64,000 nucleotides of DNA, from NCBI GenBank assembly GCA_963805625.1, contig CAWDVE010000010.1, forward strand, positions 1,344,001 to 1,408,000. Direction: 5' to 3'. The number at the start of each line of letters is the position of its first letter. Positions within the stretch are counted from its first letter, which is position 1. The notes below the pieces were generated by a model. The model was not told where the DNA came from, did not search any database, and saw only the letters and a list, made by a program, of their open reading frames with translations. Below, piece after piece: positions 9,723 to 19,994 of this stretch. The stretch is from an uncultured Candidatus Rokubacteria bacterium (GTDB taxonomy: Bacteria > Methylomirabilota > Methylomirabilia > Rokubacteriales > DASRDR01). The translations under genes and the position numbers were made by a program.

Positions 9723-11162
9723 TCACGCTCCTTGCGTCAGGCCAAGGACCTCGTAGACCTCGACCTGCTCCTCCTTGCCCTTCATCCGGATCACTCCGAG
9801 CGTGCGCACGTTGACCACGCTAGCCACCCTCTGATACGTGCGCTGGCTGATCAGGATCTGGCCGGGCTTGGCGTTGGACTCGAGTCGCGCCGCCAGATTC
9901 ACGCTGTCGCCAATCACCGTGTACTCCATCCGGTCCTCGGTCCCGACCGTCCCGGCGACGGCCTCGCCGGCGCTGACGCCGATGCCCACCGCGATTGGAT
10001 CCTTACCCTCCCGGGCCCGCTTCCGCGAGAGTTCCGCCACCGCGGCCTGCATCGCGACTGCCGTCTTGACCGCTCGAGCAGGATGATCCTCGTGGACGAT
10101 GGGAGCGCCGAAGATGGCCATAACGCCGTCGCCGAGAAACTTGTCCACGATCCCGTCGTTCTTCGCGGTCGTGTCGACCATCAGCGTGTAGAAGTCGTTC
10201 AGCACGCCGACGACCTCCTCGGGCGACAGGCGCTCGGCCAAGGACGTGAAACCACGCATGTCGCAGAACAGGACCGTGACGTCCCGGCGCTCCTCCTTCA
10301 AGGCGAGCTTCTCCGGATCCTTCAGGATCTCGTCGACCACCTGACGGGCAACGTAGCGCGTGAACGCCCGCTTGATCATCTCCTTCTCGCGGAGGTTCTT
10401 CGCCATCTGATTGAAGGAGTCCGTCAGCGCTCCGATCTCGTCCCGAGACGTAACCGGCAGGTGGATCTGAAAGTTCCCCGCGGCGACGGCGCGCGTGCCC
10501 TCGACCAGGCGCATCACGGGTTGCGAGAGCACGGTGGCCAGCCCGAGGGCCCCGAGGACCCCGATGAAGACCATGGCGGCACTGATGACGATCGTCGAGT
10601 TCCGCGCGGTGGCGACCGCCTGGTCGATCGGCTTCCGGCTGAAGCCGAGGTACAGGGAGCCGACCGACACCTTGCTGAAGACCAGTGGCACCGCGAAGTC
10701 GATCACCTTGCCGTGCTTCGGATCGACGTAGGGCGTGACCTGCGTCTCGCCCACCGCCATTGGCAAGCCGTCCGACCGCTGAATCCGCTGGCCGATCTGC
10801 GAGAGATCCGGATGCGCCACCACCTTGCCGTCGGCATCCACGAAGATCACGTAGACGACGTCGGGATCTTTCATGGCATCCTGCACTAGCAGGGACAGCG
10901 TCAGATCGTCGTTCGAGAGGATCGGGTTCTTCGACGCGTTCGCGAGGTCCCTCGCGATCGTGCGGCCGCGCTTGCTCATCTCGTTCGTGAGACTCTCCTG
11001 CTCCTGCCGTACCAGGAAGACGCTCACAAGCAGCACCGTCAGCACGAGAAGCGTCGTGATGAGGAGCGTGAGCTTGACCTTCAGCGACAGCCGCAAGGCC
11101 ATCGGCTCCTTCTCGTCCACCACCACCTTCTGCTCAACCACCACCTTCTGCTCAACCGCCAT
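9723..11162 (-). CDS. Membrane-bound class III adenylate cyclase (TM-sensor-TM-HAMP-cyclase)
   Basis: LFCDMRGFT, DKFLGDG, YTVIGDSVNLAARLE; HAMP motif DEIGAL..SFNQM. Confidence 0.92.
   Translation of the reverse strand: MAVEQKVVVEQKVVVDEKEPMALRLSLKVKLTLLITTLLVLTVLLVSVFLVRQEQESLTNEMSKRGRTIARDLANASKNPILSNDDLTLSLLVQDAMKDPDVVYVIFVDADGKVVAHPDLSQIGQRIQRSDGLPMAVGETQVTPYVDPKHGKVIDFAVPLVFSKVSVGSLYLGFSRKPIDQAVATARNSTIVISAAMVFIGVLGALGLATVLSQPVMRLVEGTRAVAAGNFQIHLPVTSRDEIGALTDSFNQMAKNLREKEMIKRAFTRYVARQVVDEILKDPEKLALKEERRDVTVLFCDMRGFTSLAERLSPEEVVGVLNDFYTLMVDTTAKNDGIVDKFLGDGVMAIFGAPIVHEDHPARAVKTAVAMQAAVAELSRKRAREGKDPIAVGIGVSAGEAVAGTVGTEDRMEYTVIGDSVNLAARLESNAKPGQILISQRTYQRVASVVNVRTLGVIRMKGKEEQVEVYEVLGLTQGA
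11119..11157. repeat. 18-bp tandem duplication at the cyclase 5' end (VEQKVV twice)
   Basis: accaccaccttctgctca repeated exactly twice. Confidence 0.9.
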
Positions 11163-11181
11163 CCGTTCTCCCCTGGCGCGG

Positions 11182-12148
11182 TCAGCCGCGCGCCCCCGAA
11201 TCGCCGCCCATGAGCCCGAAGAACCGTCGCATCCGGCCGAGTAGCTGGCTGGCCCGGTCCGCTCCCGGCCCCTCGTACTCGGACACCGCCGCGCGGTGGA
11301 TCGCGTCGTCCCGCTCGGCCTGGCGGCGCGCGAGTGTCTTCGAGAGGCGCTCGACCCGGGCCCGGGGCGGCGGCTGGCGGAGAACCCCGGCCACGTCGAG
11401 CGCCGCCTCGATCAGCACCTCGCGGACGCGGCCAGGCGGCTCGGCGCACGGGGCGCTGACCTCGATCGCGTGACCGTGGATCGGCAGCGGCTGGCTCATG
11501 TTCACGATCTCGGACTTTGCCACCACGCTGTTCGGCACGATCAAGTAGTCTTCCTGGCGGATGAGCTTCAGGCGCACCGCACGCCAGCTCACTTCCTGGA
11601 CCTGCCCGGTCAGATCACCCATCTGGATCCAGTCCCCGGGCTCGAACGGACGCTCGAGCATGAGCGCCAGCCCGGCGAAGACGGTTCGCCAGGGTCTCCT
11701 GCAGCGCGAAACCGAGGACGATCGACAGCGCCGCCGAGGTCGCGACGAGCGCGGCGACGTCGACGCCGAAGCTCGCGCGGAGAAGCACCACCAGGATGAG
11801 GCCGCCAACCACCGCCGCGACGACGTCGCGGAGAATGGCCGGGGCCTGTCGCGGTCCACGCCGGCCGGGAAGCAGGTCGACGACCAGCACCTCCACGACC
11901 TTGAAGGCCCCGTAGGCGAGAGAGAACAGCACGAGAAAGCGAAGGTACGGGTCCAGGAACGGCGCCTCGGCGGGCGCCAGCGCCCGAAAAAGCGCCACGC
12001 TCCCGGTCAGGGCGAGGAGCGAGAGCGCGAGCGACAGACGGCGGAGCGTGGTACGGCGGCAGACGATCCGGATGACGACGATCGCCGCGACGAGCGCCAC
12101 GAACGCCGGGACGCCTCCCCGGAGGAGGTCGATCAGCGGGGCGCGCAT
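11182..12148 (-). pseudogene. MscS-family channel, frameshifted (~11683) and apparently internally deleted
   Basis: GFALQETLAN continues as VFAGL..RPFEPGDWI in another frame; the C-terminal domain jumps to ERLSKTLARRQ near 11352. Confidence 0.75.
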
Positions 12149-12384
12149 GCCGGAACCACCTCTCGGGGCGTTGGATCAGAGCCCACACCACTCCCACCGT
12201 GCATCGTTCGATGGTACGACAAAACGCGGGACACGCCAAATTGCCGGAGGCCCCGCGAGCCCCGCCACGCGTGGTGGACGCGCCGTCGATGGGTCGCTTC
12301 CGCTTGCGGAAACCGCCGAGGAATGGTTCAGTAGGGCGGACCCGGACCGGGCGGCCGCCGAGGCCACCGGAGAGAGGCGGCGCT

Positions 12385-13593
12385 GTGGACTTCGAGTACT
12401 CGAAGCGCACGCGGGAGTACCTGGACCAGCTGGCGGACTTCATGGCCCGCCACGTGTACCCAAGCGAGCAGACGTTCCTCGACCAGCTCGGCGCGGCCCC
12501 GACACGCTGGCAGGTGCCGCCGATCATGGAAGAGCTGAAGGCCAAGGCCCGCGAGCGCGGCCTCTGGAACCTCTTCCTGCCCGAGAGCGAGCACGGGTCC
12601 GGCCTGACCAACCTCGAGTACGCGCCTCTCTGCGAGGTGATGGGGCGTTCTCCGATCGCGCCGGAGGTGTTCAACTGCTCGGCGCCGGACACCGGGAACA
12701 TGGAGGTGCTCGTCCGCTACGGCACCGCCGCGCAGAAGCGCGAGTGGCTCGCGCCGCTCCTGGACGGGAAGATCCGCTCGGCCTTCGCGATGACGGAGCC
12801 CGCCGTCGCGTCGTCGGACGCGACCAACATCGAGGCGAGCATCGTCCGCGACGCCGACGAGTACGTCATCAACGGTCGCAAGTGGTGGACGTCAGGAATC
12901 GGCGATCCGCGTTGCAAGGTCATCATCTTCATGGGCAAGACCGACCCCGGGAACCCCGACCGCTACAAGCAGCAGTCGATGATCCTCGTGCCCCGAGACG
13001 CGTCCGGCGTCCATGTCGTCCGCATGCTCACCGTCTACGGCTACGACGACGCCCCTCACGGACACGGCGAGGTCGTCTTCGAGAACGTGCGGGTGCCGGC
13101 AGCGAATCTGCTCCTCGGCGAAGGGCGCGGCTTCGAGATCGCGCAGGGGCGTCTCGGCCCGGGCCGGATCCACCACTGCATGCGGCAGATCGGCGTCGCC
13201 GAGCGGGCGGTCGAGCTCATGTGCCGCCGCGCCCAGGAGCGCGTGGCCTTCGGCAAGCGCCTCGCCGAGAACGACGTGAGCCTCGAGCGAATCGCCCAGT
13301 CCCGGATCGAGATCGACCAGGCCCGCCTGCTCGTGCTCCACGCGGCGTGGAAGATGGACACGGTCGGCAACAAGGCGGCCAAGCAGGCTATCGCGGCCAT
13401 CAAGGTCGCCATACCCAACATGACCTTGAGTGTGCTGGACCGGGCCATCCAGCTCCACGGAGGAGGCGGCGTGAGCCAGGCGTTCCCGCTCGCGTACTGG
13501 TGGGCGCACTCTCGGACGCTCCGCTTCGCCGACGGGCCGGACGAGGTCCACCGCCGCCAGATCGGACGACTCGAGCTCCGGAAGCACCCCTGA
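12385..13593 (+). CDS. Acyl-CoA dehydrogenase (ACAD10/11-like)
   Basis: [32 protein letters not shown]; GAGG before GTG 12385. Confidence 0.93.
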   Translation: MDFEYSKRTREYLDQLADFMARHVYPSEQTFLDQLGAAPTRWQVPPIMEELKAKARERGLWNLFLPESEHGSGLTNLEYAPLCEVMGRSPIAPEVFNCSAPDTGNMEVLVRYGTAAQKREWLAPLLDGKIRSAFAMTEPAVASSDATNIEASIVRDADEYVINGRKWWTSGIGDPRCKVIIFMGKTDPGNPDRYKQQSMILVPRDASGVHVVRMLTVYGYDDAPHGHGEVVFENVRVPAANLLLGEGRGFEIAQGRLGPGRIHHCMRQIGVAERAVELMCRRAQERVAFGKRLAENDVSLERIAQSRIEIDQARLLVLHAAWKMDTVGNKAAKQAIAAIKVAIPNMTLSVLDRAIQLHGGGGVSQAFPLAYWWAHSRTLRFADGPDEVHRRQIGRLELRKHP

Positions 13594-13639
13594 GCGGCCG
13601 GCGAGCCCATGCCCCCGTCACGCGGCGGGCCTGGGCGCC

Positions 13640-13818
13640 CTACTTGCCGACTTCGTCCGCCCAGTAGTCGTAGAAATTGAACCACTGGTACGGAGCCATC
13701 AGACAGTATCGCTCCAACCGCCGCGCATAGTCGCCGGCCAGCGCATCCAGATCCTCGGGTCCCGTCACGACAACTCTCTCTGCGAACCGCTTGGCGAACG
13801 CTTCGTAGTGTCCATCCC
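13640..13818 (-). pseudogene. C-terminal remnant of an LpxL-like acyltransferase
   Basis: YARRLERYC..APYQWFNFYDYW terminal motif; lower GC; no N-terminal part. Confidence 0.6.
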
Positions 13819-14877
13819 CTAGGCGGCCTGGTCCACAACCGCCCATGCCGCCTCGGCCAGTGGCCGCGCTCGCTCACCGCGCCGGCGGGCGTTGGGATCG
13901 CTCGCCGTCCCGTCGCGTACGCGGCCCATGATCCCCTGACAGATGGCGGCCAGCCGGAACAGGGCGAAGGCGACGTAGAACTCCCAGTCGGGGACCTCGT
14001 CGCGACCCGTCAGACGACAGTACCGCGCCACGACCTCCGCCTCGGCGGGAATCCCCAGGGCCGTGAGATCGAGGCCGCGGAGGCCGTCGATTCCCGCCGG
14101 CATCCGGAACGCAGTGCAAAGGTACCCGAGGTCGCCGAGTGGATGCCCGAGCGTCGAGAGCTCCCAATCCAGGACCGCTAGGATGCGGGGCTCCGTCGCG
14201 TGGACCACGGTGTTTCCGATCCTGAAATCCCCGTGCACGAGCGTCGTGGCGTCGTCGGCCGGCACGTGGGCGGGCAGCCACTCGATGAGGCGCTCCATCG
14301 CGGGAATGGTCTCCGTCTCCGAGGCGCGGTACTGACCGACCCAACGGTGGAGCTGGCGCGCATAGTAGTTGCCAGGCCTCCCGAAGTCGGCAAGCCCGAC
14401 GGCCCGCCAGTCCACCTGGTGGAGCCGCGCCAGGACTCCAACGGCGTCGTCCCAGAGCGCCCATCGCTCCGCGGGCTGGAGGGCGGGCAGGCCCAGCTCG
14501 GGCAGGACCCGCCCGGCCACGTAGCGCATCACGTAGAAGGCGGTGCCCACGACGCCGGGATCCTCGCAAAGCACGAGCGCCTCCGGCACCGGGACCCCGG
14601 TCCCCCGCAGGGCCGCGATCACGCGGAACTCCCGCTCGACGGCATGGGCGGATGGCAGGAGCTTCCCCGGAGGCTTCCGACGGAGCACGTAGTCGCCGCT
14701 CGGCGCGCGCAGGTGGTAGGTCGGGTTCGACTGGCCGCCCAGGAACTGCCGGACCTCGAGCGGCCCCACGAAGGCCGGCAGCCGGCCGGCGAGGTACCTC
14801 TCGAGGGCGTGAACGTCGAAGCGGTGCGCCTCGCGGACCGGTGCGGTGCCGGGCACCGCCGTCCCGCCGGCCGGCAT
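13819..14877 (-). CDS. Phosphotransferase family protein (APH/ACAD10 kinase-like)
   Basis: GGQSNPTY, HAVERE, HGDFRIGN, LDWELS. Confidence 0.9.
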   Translation of the reverse strand: MPAGGTAVPGTAPVREAHRFDVHALERYLAGRLPAFVGPLEVRQFLGGQSNPTYHLRAPSGDYVLRRKPPGKLLPSAHAVEREFRVIAALRGTGVPVPEALVLCEDPGVVGTAFYVMRYVAGRVLPELGLPALQPAERWALWDDAVGVLARLHQVDWRAVGLADFGRPGNYYARQLHRWVGQYRASETETIPAMERLIEWLPAHVPADDATTLVHGDFRIGNTVVHATEPRILAVLDWELSTLGHPLGDLGYLCTAFRMPAGIDGLRGLDLTALGIPAEAEVVARYCRLTGRDEVPDWEFYVAFALFRLAAICQGIMGRVRDGTASDPNARRRGERARPLAEAAWAVVDQAA

Positions 14878-14881
14878 CCGG

Positions 14882-16012
14882 TCAGACGGCGCCGCGCGCC
14901 GTCAGATCCCCGAGCACCGCGAGAGCGCGCGCGACGTCGGCCTCGTCGTTGAACACGTGCACCGACAGGCGCACCCGCGCGTCACCGGCCCAGACCAGCA
15001 CGCCTGCGTCCTGGAGGGCGCGCCCGACCTCTAGGCTGTGGTCCGTCGCGAACACGATGTTCCCCGCACGCTCCTCGGGCGCCTCGGGCGTGAGGACCGT
15101 CAGGCCCAGCTTGACCAGCCCGGCACGAAGCGCTCCGCCCAGCGCGAGCACGTAGGCCTCCGACGCCCGGGGGTCGATGCCGTCGAGGGTACGCAGGGCG
15201 CTCTCCAGCACGTAGATGGGAAGGAACGGAGGGTTGCCCGCCTCGAAGCGCGAGCTATCCTCCCGAAGCCGATACTCCGTACGACGCCGCCAGTCGTCCT
15301 CGCGGAGCGTGGAGTGCCAGCCGACCCAGGGCGCCGCGAGGTCGGGCCAGCGCCGACTGTTCACGTAGAAGACGCCGACGCCGTGGACGGCGAGGACCCA
15401 CTTGTAGCAGCAGGCGACGACCACGTCACAGAGCGTGCCGTCGACGGGAACGACGCCGAGAGCGTGGGAGGCATCGACGATCAGCCGCGCGCCTACCCGG
15501 TCGGCGAGGCTGCGCAGGCGGCGGAGGTCGTGGCGAGCTCCCGTGAGGTATGCCACGTGGCTCACGGCGATCACGCGCGTCCGCCGATCGACTGCCGCGG
15601 CGATCTCGTCGTAGGTCACGACAGGCTCCCGGCCGACCGCACGGACCTCGACGCCGCGCGGCCGGAGCCGCTGCCAGGCGAGAAGGACCGAGGGAAACTC
15701 GCTCTGGCCCACCACGACGTTGTCGCCGGAGCGCCAGTCGATCCCCTCGGACGCGACGTGGAAGCCCTCGGAAGCGCTCCCGAGGAACGCGATGTCCTCG
15801 GGACGCCCGCCTAGACGGGCCGCGAGAGCCACCCGGGTTCGGTCCGCCGTCGCGAAGAAGCGCTCGCGCCCGGGCATGCCGTCGCCCTTGTCGAGAAGGA
15901 ACTGGGTCGCGGCCGCGAGGTTGGCACGCAGGACGGGGGCTTCCCCGCCCGTTGCAAGGTGCGCGACGTGGTCGATGCCGATGAACGCCGTCTTCGGGAT
16001 CAAGCCGGGCAT
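14882..16012 (-). CDS. PLP-dependent aminotransferase class V
   Basis: EFPS, VSHV, DASHALG, CYKW; GAGG before ATG 16012. Confidence 0.88.
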   Translation of the reverse strand: MPGLIPKTAFIGIDHVAHLATGGEAPVLRANLAAATQFLLDKGDGMPGRERFFATADRTRVALAARLGGRPEDIAFLGSASEGFHVASEGIDWRSGDNVVVGQSEFPSVLLAWQRLRPRGVEVRAVGREPVVTYDEIAAAVDRRTRVIAVSHVAYLTGARHDLRRLRSLADRVGARLIVDASHALGVVPVDGTLCDVVVACCYKWVLAVHGVGVFYVNSRRWPDLAAPWVGWHSTLREDDWRRRTEYRLREDSSRFEAGNPPFLPIYVLESALRTLDGIDPRASEAYVLALGGALRAGLVKLGLTVLTPEAPEERAGNIVFATDHSLEVGRALQDAGVLVWAGDARVRLSVHVFNDEADVARALAVLGDLTARGAV

Positions 16013-16019
16013 GGACACC

Positions 16020-16898
16020 TCACTCGAAGGGGAGCGCGTCCCCGGCCCGGAGGGCGTGCACGAGCTCGGGCGCGAGCGCCCCCTCACACGCCTCGGCAAC
16101 CGGTCCCTGGAGACGGATGGACCAGTCCGGCCGGACCTCGACGACCAACTCTCCACCGGGACTCTGGATGGTGATGCGCCCGCCGGCGAGGCCGTTACGG
16201 ACTGCCGCGGCAGCGACGGCGCAGGAGGACGAGCCCGACGCCAGGGTGAACCCGGCCCCACGCTCCCAGATGCGGATCTCCACCCGATCCCGCGCCAGGA
16301 CACGCGCGAACTGGACGTTCGTGCGGTTGGGGAAGGCCGCGTGGGTCTCGATCCGTGGCCCGAGCTGCCGCACCTCGTCATCGTCGAGCGTGTCGGTGAA
16401 GACGACGCAGTGGGGATTGCCGACCGAAACGCACGTCACGGTGAGGAAGCGGTCGCCCACCTGGAGGGGGACGGCCACAACCTCGCGATCCGGGCCGTGC
16501 ATGGGGATCTCGGGCGCGCGGAACGTCGCGCGCCCCATCTCGACCGTCACCTGGTCCACGCGCTCCCCGACGAGGTGGCACACGGCCTCGACGACACCGC
16601 CCTTCGTCTCGATCCGCATCGGCGACTTCCGCAGACCGCCGCGCTCCCACAGGTACTTCGCGAAGATCCGGAGGCCGTTCCCGGACTTCTCGGCCTCGCT
16701 CCCGTCGGGATTGAAGATGCGGAGGCCAACGTCGGCGACGCCGGACGTCGTCCGGAGCAGGATCCCGTCCGAGCCGACCCCCCAGTTGCGATGACAGATC
16801 CAGCGGACCGCGGGTGGCCCGAGCGGGAAGTCTATGTCCCGCTCCTCCATGACGAGGTAGTCGTTGCCGAGCCCGTGTCCCTTCGTGAATCGCGCCAT
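16020..16898 (-). CDS. dapF: Diaminopimelate epimerase family, Ser/Ser active-site variant
   Basis: HGLGNDY, FNPDGSEAEKSGNG, GNPHCV, WERGAG.TLASGSS. Confidence 0.88.
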   Translation of the reverse strand: MARFTKGHGLGNDYLVMEERDIDFPLGPPAVRWICHRNWGVGSDGILLRTTSGVADVGLRIFNPDGSEAEKSGNGLRIFAKYLWERGGLRKSPMRIETKGGVVEAVCHLVGERVDQVTVEMGRATFRAPEIPMHGPDREVVAVPLQVGDRFLTVTCVSVGNPHCVVFTDTLDDDEVRQLGPRIETHAAFPNRTNVQFARVLARDRVEIRIWERGAGFTLASGSSSCAVAAAAVRNGLAGGRITIQSPGGELVVEVRPDWSIRLQGPVAEACEGALAPELVHALRAGDALPFE

Positions 16899-16971
16899 CG
16901 GCTACTCGCGGACCACGGAACGCCAGACCACTTGGCCCAGCGTCACGACCGAAGCCTCCGGGAGCCTCACA

Positions 16972-18099
16972 TCAGCGCTGGCCGAGAGGGACGTAGGTCG
17001 CCTGGCGCGAACCTTGGTACTCGGCACGCGGACGGATGAGGCGGTTGTGGGCCTGCTGCTCCAGGATGTGGGCCGTCCATCCCGAGACCCGGGAGACCAC
17101 GAAGATCGGCGTGTACAGGTCCGGGTCGATGCCCATCGAGTAGTAGGTCGACGCGGAGTAGAAGTCGACGTTGGCGTGCAGGCCCTTCTCGGCGTTCACC
17201 ACCCGCTCGATGATGCGCGACATCTCGAACCACTTGAGCTCACCCGCCTCCCGCCCCAGCTGCTCGGACAGACGCCGGAGGTGGGTCGCCCGCGGGTCCT
17301 CGGTGTGGTAGACGCGATGCCCGAACCCCATGATCCGCTTCTTCTGGGCGAGCGCGTTCTTGATCCACGTCTCCGCCCGGTCCACGTCGCCGATCTCGAG
17401 GAGCATCCGCATGACGGCAACGTTCGCCCCCCCGTGGAGCGGACCCTTGAGGGTGCCGATCCCCGACACCACGCCCGAGTACATATCGGACAGGGTCGCC
17501 ACGGTGACGCGCGACGCGAACGTCGAGGCGTTCAGCTCGTGATCCGCGTGGAGGATGAGCGCGGTGTCCATCGCCTTCTCGGCGAGGGCGCTCGGCTTCC
17601 GGCCGGAGAGCATGTAGAGAAGGTTCCCGGCGAGCGACAGACGCGGGCTCGGAGGGATCGGCGCCTTGCCCTTCCGGATCCGGCTCCACGCCGCGACCAG
17701 CGTGGGCACCTGGGCCTGGATGCGCACGGCCTTCCGCAGGTTTGCCTCCCGGGAGTTGTCGCCCGCGTCCGGATCGTACACTCCGAGCGCCGAGACAGCC
17801 GTCCGGAGGACGTCCATCGAGTCGGACTTCCGCGGGAGGCTCCGGACCAGCGTCAGGACCTTGGCGGGCAGCCGCCGCTGGGTCGCCAGGGCCTTCCGGA
17901 GGCTCTCGAGCTCCGCACGCTTGGGCAGCGCGCCGTTCCAGAGCAGGGCGACCGTCTCCTCGAACGAGGAATGCGCCACGAGGTCGTGGATGTCGTAGCC
18001 GCGATAGAGAAGCCGCCCCCGATCACCGTCGATGAAGCAGATCTCGGAGGTCGACACGACCACGTCCTGGAGTCCGGTATCGGTCGTCTGAGTCGTCAT
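16972..18099 (-). CDS. gltA: Citrate synthase (or 2-methylcitrate synthase)
   Basis: DHELNAST, GPLHGGAN, GFGHRVY, NVDFYS. Confidence 0.9.
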   Translation of the reverse strand: MTTQTTDTGLQDVVVSTSEICFIDGDRGRLLYRGYDIHDLVAHSSFEETVALLWNGALPKRAELESLRKALATQRRLPAKVLTLVRSLPRKSDSMDVLRTAVSALGVYDPDAGDNSREANLRKAVRIQAQVPTLVAAWSRIRKGKAPIPPSPRLSLAGNLLYMLSGRKPSALAEKAMDTALILHADHELNASTFASRVTVATLSDMYSGVVSGIGTLKGPLHGGANVAVMRMLLEIGDVDRAETWIKNALAQKKRIMGFGHRVYHTEDPRATHLRRLSEQLGREAGELKWFEMSRIIERVVNAEKGLHANVDFYSASTYYSMGIDPDLYTPIFVVSRVSGWTAHILEQQAHNRLIRPRAEYQGSRQATYVPLGQR

Positions 18100-18276
18100 G
18101 AACCGCCCCCGTTGGCGCGCGCGGAATTGGCCGAAACACGCGCGGCCCCGCATCGGGGGCCGCTTCGTACGGGAGTTATTGTGGCACACGGTCCCGGGAC
18201 GCCGCAACCGGACCGCCGTGCGACGGATCAGGCAGGAGATCGTCCCGGGACACCGCCGGGACCGAGGGTCATCCGG

Positions 18277-18849
18277 TCAGTGCGGCCGTGCCTGAGGGAC
18301 GCCGTGCTTCCGCATCTTGGCGTAGAGCGTCGGTCGGTGGAGACCCAGGAGCCGCGCCGCGGCCTGCTTGTTCCAGCGCGTCGCCTCCAGCGCGGCAAGG
18401 ATCGCCTGCCGCTCGCGCGCTTCGAGATTCAGGGTCTCGGGCGCCGCCGCCTGTGCCGTCCGCAGCTCGCGCCGGAGGCGGCGGCGATCGAGCGCGTTGG
18501 CGAGCACGGTGACGAGCCGCTCGGGAGCGAGATCGCCGGGCGCTTCGAGGTAGTCCCACGCGCCCGCGGCGCGGGCCTGGAAGCCCTGGGTCCGCCCCCC
18601 GGGCTCGGTCACGGCCACGACGGGGAGGTCCGGCCACCGACCGGAGATGTCCGCGATGAGAGCGCCGGCTCCCTCGCCCCAGCCGAGGCTCACCAGCACG
18701 GCCTCGACGTCACCCGCGCCGATGGTCTCCAAGGCGTGAGCAGGCGAGCCGGCAAGCCTGAGCTCGTAGGGGTGTCCCTCGAGGGCCTGGCGGATACCCC
18801 CCACCAGGGTCTGATCCGGGTCCACGAGCAGGACGCCCACCTGCGCCAT
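18277..18849 (-). CDS. Receiver-like domain + Fis-type HTH regulator, no AAA+ domain
   Basis: REC-like fold then LEATRWNKQAAARLLGLHRPTLY. Confidence 0.8.
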   Translation of the reverse strand: MAQVGVLLVDPDQTLVGGIRQALEGHPYELRLAGSPAHALETIGAGDVEAVLVSLGWGEGAGALIADISGRWPDLPVVAVTEPGGRTQGFQARAAGAWDYLEAPGDLAPERLVTVLANALDRRRLRRELRTAQAAAPETLNLEARERQAILAALEATRWNKQAAARLLGLHRPTLYAKMRKHGVPQARPH

Positions 18850-18918
18850 GGCCTGTCTGGAAGCCTAACATGGCCGCGGCCTCCAAGGGAGGCGTCCCGA
18901 ACGGAACCACCCTGGCCG

Positions 18919-19893
18919 TCAGGCCGAGGGTTGTTGGATCGCTCCGAGCCTCCAGGGATTCGCGCCTACCGGGCGGACGAAGGTCCAGTACTCCACGAAC
19001 CGTGTCGGCTTCGTGGCGCTCCCCTCGACCACCTGGCCGGTGGCCTCGTCGACGACGTAGTCCACGGCGCCAGCCTGGATCTCCGCCGTGACGAGATCCC
19101 GGCCGTGCTCCTGCCACACCTCCGTGAGGGCGACTGAGTCGACGGTCACCTGGTCGACGCGGTTCCGCCGGCCTCTCTCACGGAGACGCGCCATGTCCCC
19201 TTCGAGCGCGACGACCATCTCGTCAGTGAGATGCGCGCGCACGGCGGCGAGGTCGCCACCGGACCAGCCGATCTGCAGGCGCACGAAGAGGTCCTTCGCG
19301 ATCGCGAGGAAGCGCGCGGGGTCGAAGTCCGGGTCCATCACGCGGATGTGGTCCACGCCGCGCGCGAGATCCTCGTCCAGCGCGGCGGCACCACCTTGCG
19401 CGACGGCTCCGGTGGGCGAGGGAGCCGAGGCGGGCTGGGGCGCCGCGGGAGTCCATTCCGCCCGCCCGTACGCCGACGCCGGCGCCGGCTCGGGCGTCCG
19501 ACGACGCAGGAACGAGATCACGAGCGCGGCGAGCCCGGCCATCACCAGGAGGTCCATGAATCCAATACCTCCCGACATACCGCCCAGCCCCCCGAACAGG
19601 AGCGAGCCCAGAAGCCCACCCAGGAGAAAGCCGCCCACCATGCCGCCGAGCCCTCCGAACAGACCGGGTCGCGGCGTTTGCGCGAAAGAGCCGGGGCTTG
19701 GCGCCACCGGTCGGGGGGATGCCGGCGTCGACGGGATGACCGGTGACGAGGGAACGCGCGGTGCCGAGTAGGAGCGCGAGCCCCGACTCCCGCTCGAGCC
19801 GCCCCCGCCAACGCGCGCTTCGCTGAAGGTCGTCAGCGCCACCCCGCCCGCCAGAATCCCGATCAGGCCCACCGCCACGATCGACCGCCGCAT
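18919..19893 (-). CDS. Tim44 domain-containing membrane protein
   Basis: ARVGGGGSSGSRG, Gly-rich TM region, DPDFD, FVEYWTF..W.L..IQQ. Confidence 0.88.
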   Translation of the reverse strand: MRRSIVAVGLIGILAGGVALTTFSEARVGGGGSSGSRGSRSYSAPRVPSSPVIPSTPASPRPVAPSPGSFAQTPRPGLFGGLGGMVGGFLLGGLLGSLLFGGLGGMSGGIGFMDLLVMAGLAALVISFLRRRTPEPAPASAYGRAEWTPAAPQPASAPSPTGAVAQGGAAALDEDLARGVDHIRVMDPDFDPARFLAIAKDLFVRLQIGWSGGDLAAVRAHLTDEMVVALEGDMARLRERGRRNRVDQVTVDSVALTEVWQEHGRDLVTAEIQAGAVDYVVDEATGQVVEGSATKPTRFVEYWTFVRPVGANPWRLGAIQQPSA

Positions 19894-19994
19894 CGTTCCC
19901 TCCCCGGGCCGTCCACGAGCACCCATCCCAGATATCATACTCGAGATCGCATACTTGGGGCGGGACGCCGGCGGAGGAACCCCGCCAGGCGGCG

